From: Cycas panzhihuaensis
Taxonomy: Eukaryota; Plantae; Cycadophyta
Assembly: GCA_023213395.1 (NCBI GenBank)
Contig: CM041465.1
Span: 196,981,741 to 197,045,740 of the forward strand
Reading direction: 5' to 3'
DNA length: 64,000 bases
Shown piece after piece: positions 14,264-26,700 of this stretch. The position numbers and the translations under genes were made by a program. Numbering within the stretch: the stretch's first letter is position 1; the number at the start of each line of letters is the position of its first letter. The notes beneath the pieces are model-generated. The model searched no databases. It was given only the letters and a program-made list of their open reading frames with translations, and was not told the DNA's origin.

Positions 14264-14858
14264 TTGGTTCTGTGGCCTACGCCCATTGAGGGAGTTGGCC
14301 AAGAGTTTTGCTAGTGTATTATGTTCAAAGACCAAGGAACCCTAGCTGTTGTTGTGATGGTAGACTATAACTAGCCTTTGAAAGCTAGGGGACCTTCCAA
14401 TGCCATAAAAGAGGCCTTCGAAAGCAAGAGAGCCACCAAAAAGAACTTAGGGATTAGTGGAATGAAGCAGACAAAGAGCTTTAAGATGGTCAAGGAAAGC
14501 CAAGTTAAGAAGGGCTAGGATGGTAAGCCTCAATAAGAGCGACGAGACTAAGAGACAACCCGTTGAGGGATTTGAGACAAGTGGAGCCCAGACACCTCAA
14601 GAACAAGAAATCAGAAGATATGGGGTATAAATGGTACTAATACTTGCTCCAATTAGATCTGATATCATTAGTTTGAAAAGGAGGAAATTTTGAATGAAGA
14701 AAAATTGGAATAAAATAATATTTCTAAAAAAGAGGATGAAACCCTAGGGAAGGTGGAAGAAACAAGTGTAGAATATACTCTGAAGGACCTAAAGTGATCA
14801 CGAGAAGAAGGCAGAGGAGGGTCCCTCAACATATTGGGAAAACAAACTAACAAGATAG

Positions 14859-16170
14859 TTGTTTGAAGATTCGTTGGATAAGGAATCCGAGCAATCATAT
14901 TTAATAGTGACACCATTGATAATCCAGGTACCAGAAATGGTTGAACACATTCATTTGAAAACACCTTTTAAAAATTCCCTATTTAGAAGGGATAATGGCG
15001 GGGGAGTACACTGGGAATACCACCCAAATCTAGAATTGTGGAGAAAGCAGAGTTGTTATCCATAGACAAAGCAACCATATCCTTAGGAGGAGGAAATTCA
15101 CCATCTCTGGGAGGCATACCATTGAATTCACCAAGGAGGGACGACTTAGGGGAATTTAGAAAGTTGATTGTTGATGGCATGTCTGATGATGCAGAGCATG
15201 TGTATCTCTTTCAGAATTTGTTAGATATAAAGAAAATAAGTAATGAACAAGAAATAAAAGTAAGGTTTGCATGTACCCTAAGAGCAATACTATTGGCATG
15301 GTATAAAGAATTAGAGAAAGCATAATCATATGTGCAAATGTGAAGAAATTTTTTGAGAAGAGATTTAAAAAATTTTGCAGCAATGTGGCTATCAAAATTG
15401 CATTGAAGAAGAGCAAACAAAAGGGCAATGAATCAATCTTAACTTATATTAGTCATATGAAAATAATTGCGGCTAGTATGACAAATGAAACAATGACAGA
15501 CCACAACATGAAAAGTTATTTTGTCAGAGGTCTGAATGAGAAGCTAAGATCCATAATGCATACACATCCTTTGAAATCTTTCAAAATGCTCAAGAGCTAG
15601 CTTTGGATTTTAAGGTAGAGATGGTTGTCCAAATAGGAGGGCACAACGCATTGCTTCTTAAATTACAAGAGGAACTAAGAGAATTGAAACAAAACTAGTG
15701 CAATAAGCTTATCTATCAGATAGAGAAAAAAGAGGAGGAATAGAAAATCAAAACTTTGAGAAAAGACACTACATGATTGAAAGAGGAGGAGAGTAAAAGG
15801 AAAAATGGGAAGGAATTCACAATAGAAAAATGGTGTTACATTAGTGAAGAGGACTCACATTCTACAAAGGAATATGAGTTGAACCCCAAAACAATGTAAT
15901 AAGGAAATAAGACAAGTAATGTCACGTTTGTGACATAAGCGACCATAACACTAAAGATTGTTATTTCAACTCGAGGGAAAGGAGTTATATAGGCCGAGGA
16001 AGAGGAAGAGAAACTGGCTTAGCAAGAGTACCACTAATGGGAAGTGGTACTCATGTATGCTACCAAAAGTACATTGGAAGTGTAAAAAAAACCACTAATG
16101 GGAAGATGTTTGATATGCTTAGAGTTTAGCCATTGGAAATCAGAATGCCTGATAGCTAGGGCACACAAAC
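14859..16170 (+). pseudogene. E4 gag with several CCHC zinc knuckles (continues at 23734)
   Basis: Capsid-like HVYLFQNLLDIKKI...RFACTLRAILLAWY and KQKGNESILTYI...YFVRGL; intact knuckles CHVCDISDHNTKDC (~15920) and CLICLEFSHWKSEC (~16107). Confidence 0.85.
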
Positions 16171-16753
16171 TGTTAAACCTTATGTTTATATGTTAAGCTT
16201 ATGTACTTTATATTTATGTATCATGTGTGCACTTTAATGCTTATGTGCACTTTTGCACTTTAGGGTTGATTTTATCACTTAAGTGATAAAGTACACACCC
16301 ACTTTATGACTAGTGACATAAACGTTGTCACTTATGTCACTTGAGGGTCAAATGACCCCATTGCACTTTTGCTCACACAAGAGCTTCCAAAAGGACACAT
16401 GTCCATCATCCAAGGCATGTATCTTGGATGTTTGACACTTGTCTTGGATGTTTGACACTTGTCAAACATCCAAGGCCTTAGGTCTCTCATCTCACTCTAT
16501 ATAATGAGACCTCTCCTTCATTGTTGCACATTCAAGAGTTGGAGCTCATTGTTATTCTATCAGTTTGCTAATCAAGCTGAAAGCATTCTTTGGTTGTTGG
16601 ACTAATTCCAACACCCCATCTTTGGTATTGTGATCTTGCTACTATTTCTCTTTGAGTTCTTTAAGTTCTTTGTTGTTTATGCTTAATGCATTTAATGGTA
16701 TTGTGCTTTGTTAAAGATCTTGGACCTATGTGGCCATTAGGCCCATTCTAACA
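16171..16753 (+). promoter_or_regulatory. 5' LTR of E5 with TATA-like box (TATATAA, 16498-16504) and palindromes
   Basis: TG...CA ends; direct repeat of 23175-23733; palindromes at 16271-16290 and 16443-16474. Confidence 0.9.
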
Positions 16754-17277
16754 ATTGGTATCAGAGCTTATGGAAATCTTTTGTGTTTGAGCTTTGATTT
16801 GTTAGCTTTAATGTTGTCCATTCTTGGCACATTCTTGTTCCACTTGGAGACAGACAGATACATGGCTGATTTCTGCACTTAAGGCTGCTGTCCATTCTAG
16901 GAAATTTGTCCTCTCATCACATTGTTGTCCTCTGTTTTCTTGCATCCATACTTGGGCCTGCATATTTGTACTCTGTCCCATACTTGTCTGCTAGACTTGC
17001 ATACTTGAAATCCACACTGAGACTACACCCTCTCTCGAATTCTGCTCTTTGCTGTACATTGTACACCAGGAAATCAGCCCATTAAAGGGGCCTGTCCACA
17101 GAATTTTGGAACTCTGCTCCTGTCTTTATTAACTTTGCCCAAGGGGCACATCCTGATTACGCCTTGCACACAGGAGAGCCCTGCCTCTGTCCCCATACAA
17201 GACCTGTTGCTACAAGAGGATCTGCACATACTTGAGGACCCAGACACGGGACTGTCCCTGCTTACTACGCACAGCCA

Positions 17278-17420
17278 AACCTGCTGTCTGTCCCTGCCTC
17301 TATCTTAGTGCACTGTCTGCACGTAGTACCCTCGGGAGGTCACGCGGAACCTGCTGTCTGTCCCTGCCTCTGTCTCAGCGCATTGTCTGCACGTAATGCC
17401 CACAGAGGGTCTGCGGAGGA
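17278..17420. repeat. ~70-bp GC-rich tandem repeat (2 copies) in the E5 5' leader
   Basis: AACCTGCTGTCTGTCCCTGCCTCTRTCTYAGYGCAYTGTCTGCACGTA occurs at ~17278 and ~17348. Confidence 0.8.
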
Positions 17421-19027
17421 ACCTTCCGGAAGAGAGGACGAGTCCTCACACAGGCGCAACCCGACGGAGCCAAGACTCGGCCTGGAAGAACGGACGTACT
17501 TTCACGGGAGGACGGGAGGAAGAGAACACAGACCCACATGGGGTCTCACGCAGACATTCCAGAAGCTTTCGGAAGAAGAAAGAGATCCGCACGGCTGTGC
17601 ACGGGGGGACGCACCCCTCACGGCCAGTCTTGCACCCAGATCGAGACAGTGGGGCCCACACGGGCCCACAAGGAAAATTCCACGGAAAGAGCCACCCCCG
17701 CCAATTTTCTTATATTTTTTTGGCTTTTTAGCCTAAAGCTTTTGGATAATATGCATTTTAGCATATTCCAAAGTATATGCTTAAATTGATCAAGTTTTTT
17801 TTATAAAGTGTTTTTTTTTTTTTAGAAAAATTATTTTCAAAGGGTCCTTTATACTCTAAGAGGAATTTTTGATCAAGGGGCGGCTTAATGCTCTAAGTGG
17901 CCTTACATCATTTCAGCTATTTGAAGACTGTAGATATTGGCAGCCTTAATTGCCTTAAGATTTTTTTTAATGAGATTTAATCTCATTTTTAAAGCCTTTT
18001 TTGTGGCTCACTAAAGTACTTTTTCAGTAATTAAAACGATTAAAATTTCTTTGATGGAAATAGGACTCAACGAATGACTCATGCTAGGTCATTCTCCTCT
18101 CATTAAAGTTTGATGTTGCATGATTTAAATGCTTAAAAAGACTCCCTGCGAGGTGTTTTAATGAGGCAAAGTTACAAAAAAAAGTTGATTTTCAACTTTT
18201 ATTTTATGCCTTTTTAAGCTCATTTAGCACTTTGTTTAATGCTATTAAAGCATCAAAAGCTTAAATAAAGTGATCAAAAAGCATGTTCATATTGTAAAGG
18301 TGATAAACATCACCATTTGAGTTGATTTTTTGGCACCTTTCATGGTGACCTTAGCCTTCAAAAATCTCAAAAAGAAGGTTGAATTTGGTACTTAATAAAA
18401 TCACATTTTTGGTTGGATTGTTGAGACTATTTTAAAGTCTCAACAACTTGCTGCTTGGAGTTCGTTTGGTGTTTGGAGCACATTGAGTACACTTGGCTAG
18501 TGGTTTCTTCTCTACATCGGCTTTGGAGCATTAAAAAGAACCCACATCTGCTATCTTCATCAAAGGTTTTTGCATCATTTTTTCACTAAGTACTGAAAAG
18601 TACTTACATTATTGTACTCAAGCATTCAAAGCATTTTACTTGGATCACAAAAGCACTTAAAAACACTTAATAAAAGTGCTCATTCTCTCATGTACTTGCT
18701 TCTTAAGAAGCCTTCATTGTAAGCTACATCATACCATTAAAGCTAAGTACATAATCCAAGTAAAAGTACCTTAAAATTTACTTTAAAAATTGTCTAAAAG
18801 TGAATTTTAAAATCTGGCTGGAGAGGCTCGAAAAAGGTTGAATCCTTGCCTCTGCTACACTTAACTTTGGACCAACTCAATAGCCGAAGTCCTCCACCCC
18901 TCATCACTCCACCAGTTGTTGGATCTTCTTGTAAAATCAGGATTGGTGGTGTTGTTAGAAGGTGGAACTTAAGCGACAAAGCTTTGAAGTTACCAAGTTA
19001 TTTGTTAGCTTTTAAACAAGTGGAAAA

Positions 19028-22000
19028 ATGGCTGCCATTAACATGCTCAATGCATGCACAATAAGGCTAACGGGACAAGCAAATTATCAAGAATGGAAAA
19101 GAATTACACAAAATCTCTTGATAATGAATGAATTTTGGGGATATGTTTCTGGAAGAATCCCCAATCCTGCACTTGTTAATGATGATGAAGTTGATTATGA
19201 ACGTGTTGCTGCTTGGGAGGTCAAAGACGAGATTGCTTTGGCATTTATTCATATGATTGTGGATGTACATGTAGATCAAAATATCTCTTCTGCTAAATTT
19301 TCTAAAGAAGCTTGGGACACATTGTCCTCACTGTATGAAAGGCGAGATAAAGCTCGCATTTTGATGATAAAAGCCAAATTGTATTCTGTCAAATTTGTAA
19401 AGCCAATGTCGGCATTTTTGTCCTCCATTAAGGAGGTTTGTAATGAATTGAATACTTTAGGTAGTCCTGCTACAAGGGATGAACTCATCACATCCATCAC
19501 AAAAGCATTGCCAAAGGACTACAACGGCTTCATATCATCTACCACTTGAGATGGTTCACTAAAGCAAATGACATTCAATGAACTTGAAAGCTTATTGCTT
19601 CAAGAAGAACATATTTATGCTAAGGATAATGAAGAACCATCTACTCCAGGTGCTTTCACGGCCAAGGCAAAGGCCAATCAAATCTTCAAACCTGCATTCA
19701 CAAAGCAGTTTAGAAACATGAACATTGGATCTTCTAAGTCCAATGTTGTGTGTCATTATTGTGGAAAACCTGGCCACGTTGCACCTGATTGCAGAAAGAA
19801 GCAGGCGGATCTACGACGACAGCAGCAGCAGCAACAGCCACAAGGACAAAGACAACAGCAGCCAAGGCAACAATTTCAACAAAGATTCCAGCAGCCAGAT
19901 CAGCAGCAGAATCCCCCTCGACCAAATCGAGGTGCCTATCGAGGATGTCCAAGAGGAAAGGGGGGTCAAAGAGGTGGCTACCAATGCCACTTTAATCAGT
20001 TTGCCAATGAAGACAAACTGCTTTTGATATCAGTCATCCAAGGTTGATCACACTTGGATTGTTGATTCAGGAGCTTCTCAACATATGACAGGGAGTGAAG
20101 AACTCCTATGCAATATTAAGGAAGGTAAAGGTCAATAAGTGACCTTTGGAAATAATGAATCTGTTGAGATTTCAGGCATAGGCACTATAGCTCCTTTCCA
20201 TTCTTCACAAAATCCTTCCTCATCATTTCCCAATAGTGATGCCTACTTCATTCCTTCCATGGAGAAGAATTTGCTATCTGTTAGCCAGTTGGACAAGCAA
20301 CAGATGAGCGTATTATTCAAAAATGGGAAATGGATCATTAGTGGCAAAGATGACCAGATCGTAGTTGTTGCCTATGAGGATGAAGGTCTTTACAAGTTGG
20401 ATGCCAATAACATTACACTTGATTCTGCTTATTCTGGTTCCATATCTTTGTCAAAAATGCAATTTTGGTATCAATGTCTAGGTCACTTAAGCCAAGATAA
20501 TTTGAAGCAGATGATAAACAAAAACATGGTATATGGGCTTCCAAAGCTGTATGGTTCAAAATGTCTTTGTGAAGCTTGCATAATGGGGACACATCATCGG
20601 TTGCCTTTTCCTAAAGGCAAAGCATGGCATGCATCTTATCCATTGCAGTTAGTTCACTCAGACTTATGTGGACCCATGTCCACTCAATCCTTTGGAGGAG
20701 CATTGTATTACATATCTTTCATTGATGACTTCTCTCATAAAGTCTGGGTCTACTTCCTAAAGCAAAAATCAAAGGCTTTCTCCAAGTTCAAAGACTTTAA
20801 AGCTGAAGTAGAAAATAAATCTGGCTACTCAATTGGGACATTAAGGTCAGATAATGGAGGTGAATTCACTTCAAATAAATTCAACCAATTTTGCAAGGAT
20901 AATGGAATTTGGAGACAACTCATAGTTCCTCATACTCCTCAACAAAATGGAGTCTCCGAAAGAATGAACAGAACTTTGGCTAATAAAGCCAAAACAATGA
21001 TGCATGTGAAAGGACTTCCAAGAGCTTATTGGGCCGAAGCATTTCACACAGTAGCCTATGTGGCCAATCAGAGTCCTACTACTGTAGTGACCAACATCAC
21101 ACCTGAGGAGGCATGGACTGGTAAGAAACTGACTATCAGCCATTTGAGGACATTCGGGTGCACTGCATATATGCACATACCAGATCAACAAAGAACAAAG
21201 TTGGATAAACATAGTCTTAAATGCATCTTTGTAGGATATACCATTCATAACAAGGCCTACAAGTTGTATGATCTAGTTGGGAGAAAAATGCATCTCTCAA
21301 GAGATGTAATCTTTGTTGAGGATGATCAGAAAGAGTTGGATGTGGCATCAATCCAACCCCCCATTGATAAAGGTAAAAAGATTGTTGAGGACTTCCCTCC
21401 CTCTCAATCTTATACACCATGTACTTCATCTGCACCTCCTATACCATCTACTTCATCTTCATCTGCTCCACTTGAACCTTCCACTTCATCTTCTGTTGAT
21501 CATTCACTTAGATCAAAAGACATTGAGGTTCATGCTACTTCTTTTTAAAAGTTACCAAAATGATATACTCAAACGGTACAGGATGGTCATATTATTGAAG
21601 GGAAACGTCCATCTAAGTATAGGCAGCAAACAAACTTTGCACTTATGGTTGAAGTGCTTTCTATTGATGACCCTTCTACTTTTGAAGAGGCTTCACAAAA
21701 TGATAATTGGAAAGCTGCCATGGATGAGGAGATCCATTCTATTCACAAGAATGGCACATGGGATTTGGTCGAATTGCCTCTACACAAACAGGCAATCAGT
21801 TGTAAATGGGTCTACAAGACCAAATTTCATTTTGATGGGACACTTAAGCGTCAGAAGGCACGACTTGTAGCAAAGGGATTCAAACAAAAGGAAGGCATCG
21901 ATTATGAGGAGACCTTTGCACCAGTAGCAAACATGAACACCATCAGACTCCTCATGGCCTTAGCTGCACAATGCAAATGGCCAGTATATCAGATGGACGT

Positions 22001-23160
22001 GAAGAGCGCCTTTTTAAACGACGACCTTCAAGAGGAGGTATACTTGGAGCAACCTCTTGGTTATAAAGAACAAGGCAAGGAGCATCTTGTATGTTGCCTC
22101 AAGAAGGCTTTGTATGGCTTGAAACAAGCTCCTAGGGCATGGCATTCAAAAATCGATGAATACTTCTTGAGACATGGGTTTCATCGATCAAAATCTGATC
22201 CAAACTTGTATATCAAACATGAACAACACCATGTCATTTATATTGCCTTGTATGTAGATGACTTAGTGATCCGTGATGACACTAAGCTCATCAATGTTCT
22301 CCAGGATGACTTGAAGAGAAGTTTCGAGATGATTGATCTTGGACTTGGCAGCAGCCAGGCTATATCTTCATTTCCCAAGCAAAATATTCTTGGGACATCT
22401 TGCAGAGGTTCAGGATGCATGACTGCAAGACGCCTACACCCATGGAGAACGGTACCAAGCTTACTCTTAATGAGGAAGCTGAACCAGCAGATCCCACTCT
22501 TTATCGACAGTTGATTGGTAGTTTGATATATCTCACCAACACTCGTCCAGATATTTCATTTGCAGTTGGGATTTGCTCTCGTTTCATGTCTCAACCCAAT
22601 CAAGCACTGAAAGAAGAAACGCATACTCAAGTACATCAAAGGTACATTGCAGCTTGGACTTGAGTATGCACATAATGAGAACTTCACTTTGGAGGGGTTC
22701 TCTGATTCTGATTGGGCTGGATGCCAGGATAGCAGGAAGTCAACCTCGGGTTACTGTTTTATCCTTGGTTCAGCAGCTGTTTCATGGAGTTGCAAGAAGC
22801 AACCAAATGTTACCTTGTCCTCCACTGAAGCAGAGTACAAAGCTGCAGTCAGTGCAGCTTGCGAGGCTATCTGGCTACGACGGATTCTTGGTGAGCTTGG
22901 ATTTCCGCAGGAGCAGCCTACCAGTATTCATTGCGACAATCAGAGTGTCCTCAAGCTAACTAAGAATCCAGTCTTCCATACACGGACCAAGCATATTGAA
23001 GTTCACCACCATTTCATCAGAGAGCATGTACACGGTAGTGAGATCAATCTTCAATATCGACCAACGGAGTAGCAGACGGCATATATCTTTACCAAGTCAC
23101 TTGGTAGAAAGAAATTTGTAAAATTTAGAGATGGTCTAGGGGTCCGACTTAACATTATAA
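19028..23160 (+). pseudogene. E5 gag-pol polyprotein (few stops and frameshifts)
   Basis: RLTGQANYQEWK gag; CHYCGKPGHVAPDC knuckle; WIVDSGASQHMT protease (~20055); LVHSDLCGP and LRSDNGGEF integrase; [10 protein letters not shown] and LYVDDL RT; SDSDWAG...HTRTKHIEV RNase H. Confidence 0.95.
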
Positions 23161-23174
23161 ACAATAAGGGGGGG

Positions 23175-23733
23175 CGTTAAACCTTATGTTTATATGTTAA
23201 GCTTATGTACTTTATATTTATGTATCATGTGTGCACTTTAATGCTTATGTGCACTTTTGTACTTTAGTGGTGACTTTATCACTTAAGTGATAAAGTACAC
23301 ACCCACTTTATGACTAGTGACATAACGTTGTCACTTATGTCACTTGAGGGTCAAATGACCCCATTGCACTTTTGCTCACACAAGAGCTTCCAAAAGGACA
23401 CATGTCCATCATCCAAGGCATGTATCTTTGATGTTTGACACTTGTCAAACATCCAAGGCCTTAGGTCTCTCATCTCACTCTATATAATGAGACCTCTCCT
23501 TCATTGTTGCACATTCAAGAGTTGGAGCTCATTGTTATTCTATCGCTTGCTAATCGTCGAAAGCATTCTTTGGTTGTTGGACTAATTCCAACACCCCATC
23601 TCTGGTATTGTGATCTTGCTCCTATTTTTCTTTGAGTTCTTTAAGTTCTTTGTTGTTTATGCTTAATGCATTTAATGGTATTGTGCTTTGTTAAAGATCT
23701 TAGACCTATGTGGCCATTAGGCCCATTCTAACA
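23175..23733 (+). repeat. 3' LTR of E5
   Basis: Follows the PPT; starts CGTTAAACC (TG>CG) and ends TTCTAACA before the TSD CAAAC. Confidence 0.93.
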
Positions 23734-26700
23734 CAAACAATGTCCATTTGTGTGCAAAGATTATGGTCATGGAGACCACAAGACAAAAAATTATAAAGGG
23801 AAATTTGAAGTGACCAATTTAATGACTAGAGTCCCTGAAACTAATAAAAACATTGAACTACAATCTAGAAGCAAACAAAAGGGAAAAGAAAAAGTGACGA
23901 ATGACTATTGGAACCCAAAAGTGGAAATGGATTGCTCTGAATTAACTAAGAAGACCTTGGATGAAGTTGCTAAAAAAGAAGCAGAAAATTCATTACCTAT
24001 GGGGAAACCTAAAACTAAATATGTTCGTGTGAGGCAAAATAAACCCAAAGAGAAAAGATCCATTATCCAGGACATGCAACCATAAGAATAACTAGTGTAG
24101 GCAGAGGAATTATTCAAAGGATTACCAATAGAAGATGTTCCTCGAATGTTACTTTTAATGGAGAATTTAGTGAAACAATTACAATTAACCATTCCATTAC
24201 AACAAGTGATTGAATGGATAAAAATAGGGGTATTACAACAGAAGGAAGTTGTTAAAAGTTTAAAGAAAGCCATACTGTCCTCTAATCTCGACTTGACGAT
24301 ATTAGTTACGATTTTGGGCAAAAAATTTCACATTGTAATTGTTGATGGTGGTGTAACAGTGAATGTATTACCAACAACCACCTGGAAAAAGTTGGGAAGC
24401 CCCAAATTGGAAGCAACAACATATTCCTTAAATTTGGCAAATGAATTATTGGTTAAACCCGTTGGAAAACTATTGAATGTCAAAGTGGACGTGGTAGGTG
24501 TTGTATTCTAGATTGATTTTACGATCATGGAAATAATTAAGGGGATGGTATTGAATCCGGCATTGCTTGGTTGTCCCTAGTTGTATAAAGCAGAATGTCT
24601 CCAAAGTTGGAAGGGCGTTAGCTTCATATTAACAGATGGGGGAAATGAGGTTGTCTTCCTTGAGCTCAGGAAGCATTTGATTAAGATAATCTTAGATGAT
24701 GCCTCAAGCGCAATAAAGAAATTTTGTGAACTTTTGAACAGACAAATTTATATCACATAATTAAGGATTCAATGAAATTAATCAACTCCTAGGAGTATGA
24801 ACCCAACTATTTTGAGGAGTTGTATAGTTCCTCAAATGAGGAAGGAACTAAGAAATTTATAGATTGTTGGTTACAAGAATCATATGAGATCAACCCTCCA
24901 TCCTTTCGATGCAACCTCCTTTCTATATATACTACTAATGATATAAATAAAAAATCTAATTCTTTTGAGTATTTTGGTGATCATCGTAGTAATAGGATGA
25001 TAGAGAGATTAGGAAATGAATGTATGAATGATAAGTTTGCTATTATTGTAGAAATGATTCAAACCTTAGACCATAGCCATTGCCCTAACCCTAACCCTTG
25101 CCTAGACCCTAATCCTTTACCCCCTCCTAACCCTGACCTTCCCTCTACCTCAGGTGTGGGTTTTGAGGTAGACAACCCTCCCTGATCCCCAACCCATAAC
25201 AAGGAAGGAAACAATAACCCTTCCTCATCTTCTCTTGAGGTACGCCCACCTAACGATAGATCCTGTGAGGAAATGATATACCCATGGGTACCAAGCTACT
25301 AATGGAGGAAGAGGGTGTTGAGAAGACAAGGTCCCAATAACCTAAAACCGCCACCAAGATCTAAACTATTTTGCAACTAGTTACAGGAATTGAAACTGAA
25401 ATTTAACATGCAAGTTCTTAAACCAGAGATAATGCAATAAAATGAATAAGAAAGCTAAGCATCACATATACACCCGATATAACGTGGTAATACCCTAGCA
25501 GTGTGCTAGGGAAACATCCACACAGGAAAGGTATCGATTTCTATTATCAAAGAATGGAGAAATGTACACAATTTATAGCAGAATGCTTACAACAACAACA
25601 ACCAACCGCCCAACTCCTCACAATACATCCAGTACATCGAACACTATCAACATAATGAAAAAACACCTTAAATCGGGCTATATGAGAGAGTTATACAAGC
25701 CACAAATGTCAACCATAGAATCTAGGGTATTTTGAGCGAACGACCCTGATTCTCTTTACAATTTAGTATGCTTTTCAATGCTAGCTTTTTGGGTCGGGGG
25801 CTATTGCCCCCGAACCCCCTCTTTCTTGCGTTCCAACCCCCGCCCCCACCCTTGGCCAAGGGGGGCTCTCCAATAGGCAATTCTTCATAAAGCTTTCCTC
25901 AGACTAATTGGAGTCATTTTTTCTTTTTCATATTGGGAAAAATAGGAAAAACATGGATGTTGGGAAAGGAGAAAACCCTAGATGCATCTTAACACAATCT
26001 CAAGAATTTTTTTATTAAGACATTTTTGCATTCATTATATGATAAAACTATAAATAAGGTGCTAAAATAGGTCAGAAAGTTAAGTATAGGAGTAGAACAA
26101 TCAAGAACTATGTCATTAGTAAGGACTACAGAAAGCAGGGAAGCAAAAGAGGAGGAGGAGAGTCATAACTCTCCTCCAGAGTATACCAAATCAAAATATG
26201 AGGAGCGGGATGTGGAGAATACCCTAGCTTATCAAATCATGAACAAAGATAATATAGAAGTGGGAAAGGTGAAAACAACTCAAATCAATTTGGGAACACC
26301 AAAAAATTCATAGAATATATTTATTGGGTACTATTGGGATAATAAAATAGTGGTAGAGGCGCATGCTTTATTTGAGTAATATAGAGACATCTTCACAAGG
26401 TCTTACAAAGACCTGAAGGGCATCCCTCTGTGAGATCGGGATGCATCACATTGATTTAATAGATGGAGTAAAACTTGTGAAACAACGACCTTACTGCATG
26501 TACTCTAAGTATAAAGAAATGGTGCAGAATTGGATAAAATGCTAGAAATAGGGTACATATACGAGATTGGCTACAATGATCGGGTAAGTCTTGTAGTAGT
26601 GGTGCCCAAAAAGAATGGGAAAATTCAAGTTTGTGTGGACTACAAACAATTGAACAAGGTAACAAAGAAGGATCCATTCCCACTACCCTTTACAGAGGAT

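Larger units (their letters stand above)
16171..23733 (+). mobile_element. Young full-length Ty1/copia element E5 nested in E4 gag
   Basis: LTRs at 16171-16753 and 23175-23733 (roughly 97% identical apart from a 20-bp duplication); TSD CAAAC at 16166-16170 and 23734-23738; PBS TGGTATCAGAGC at 16756-16767; PPT AAGGGGGGG at 23166-23174. Confidence 0.97.

Noticed and set aside
17308-17789. Overlapping GC-rich ORFs (142, 111 and 83 aa) in the E5 leader, and similar ones at 41432-42045 in E6
   Set aside because: They arise from GC-rich repeats lacking stops, are not conserved between the two sister elements, show no domain motifs, and lie in probably error-prone sequence.
25083-25135. CCCTAACCCTAACCCT telomere-like repeat
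   Set aside because: Only about 2 units, not the plant CCCTAAA type, and within a Pro/Asn-rich low-complexity stretch.
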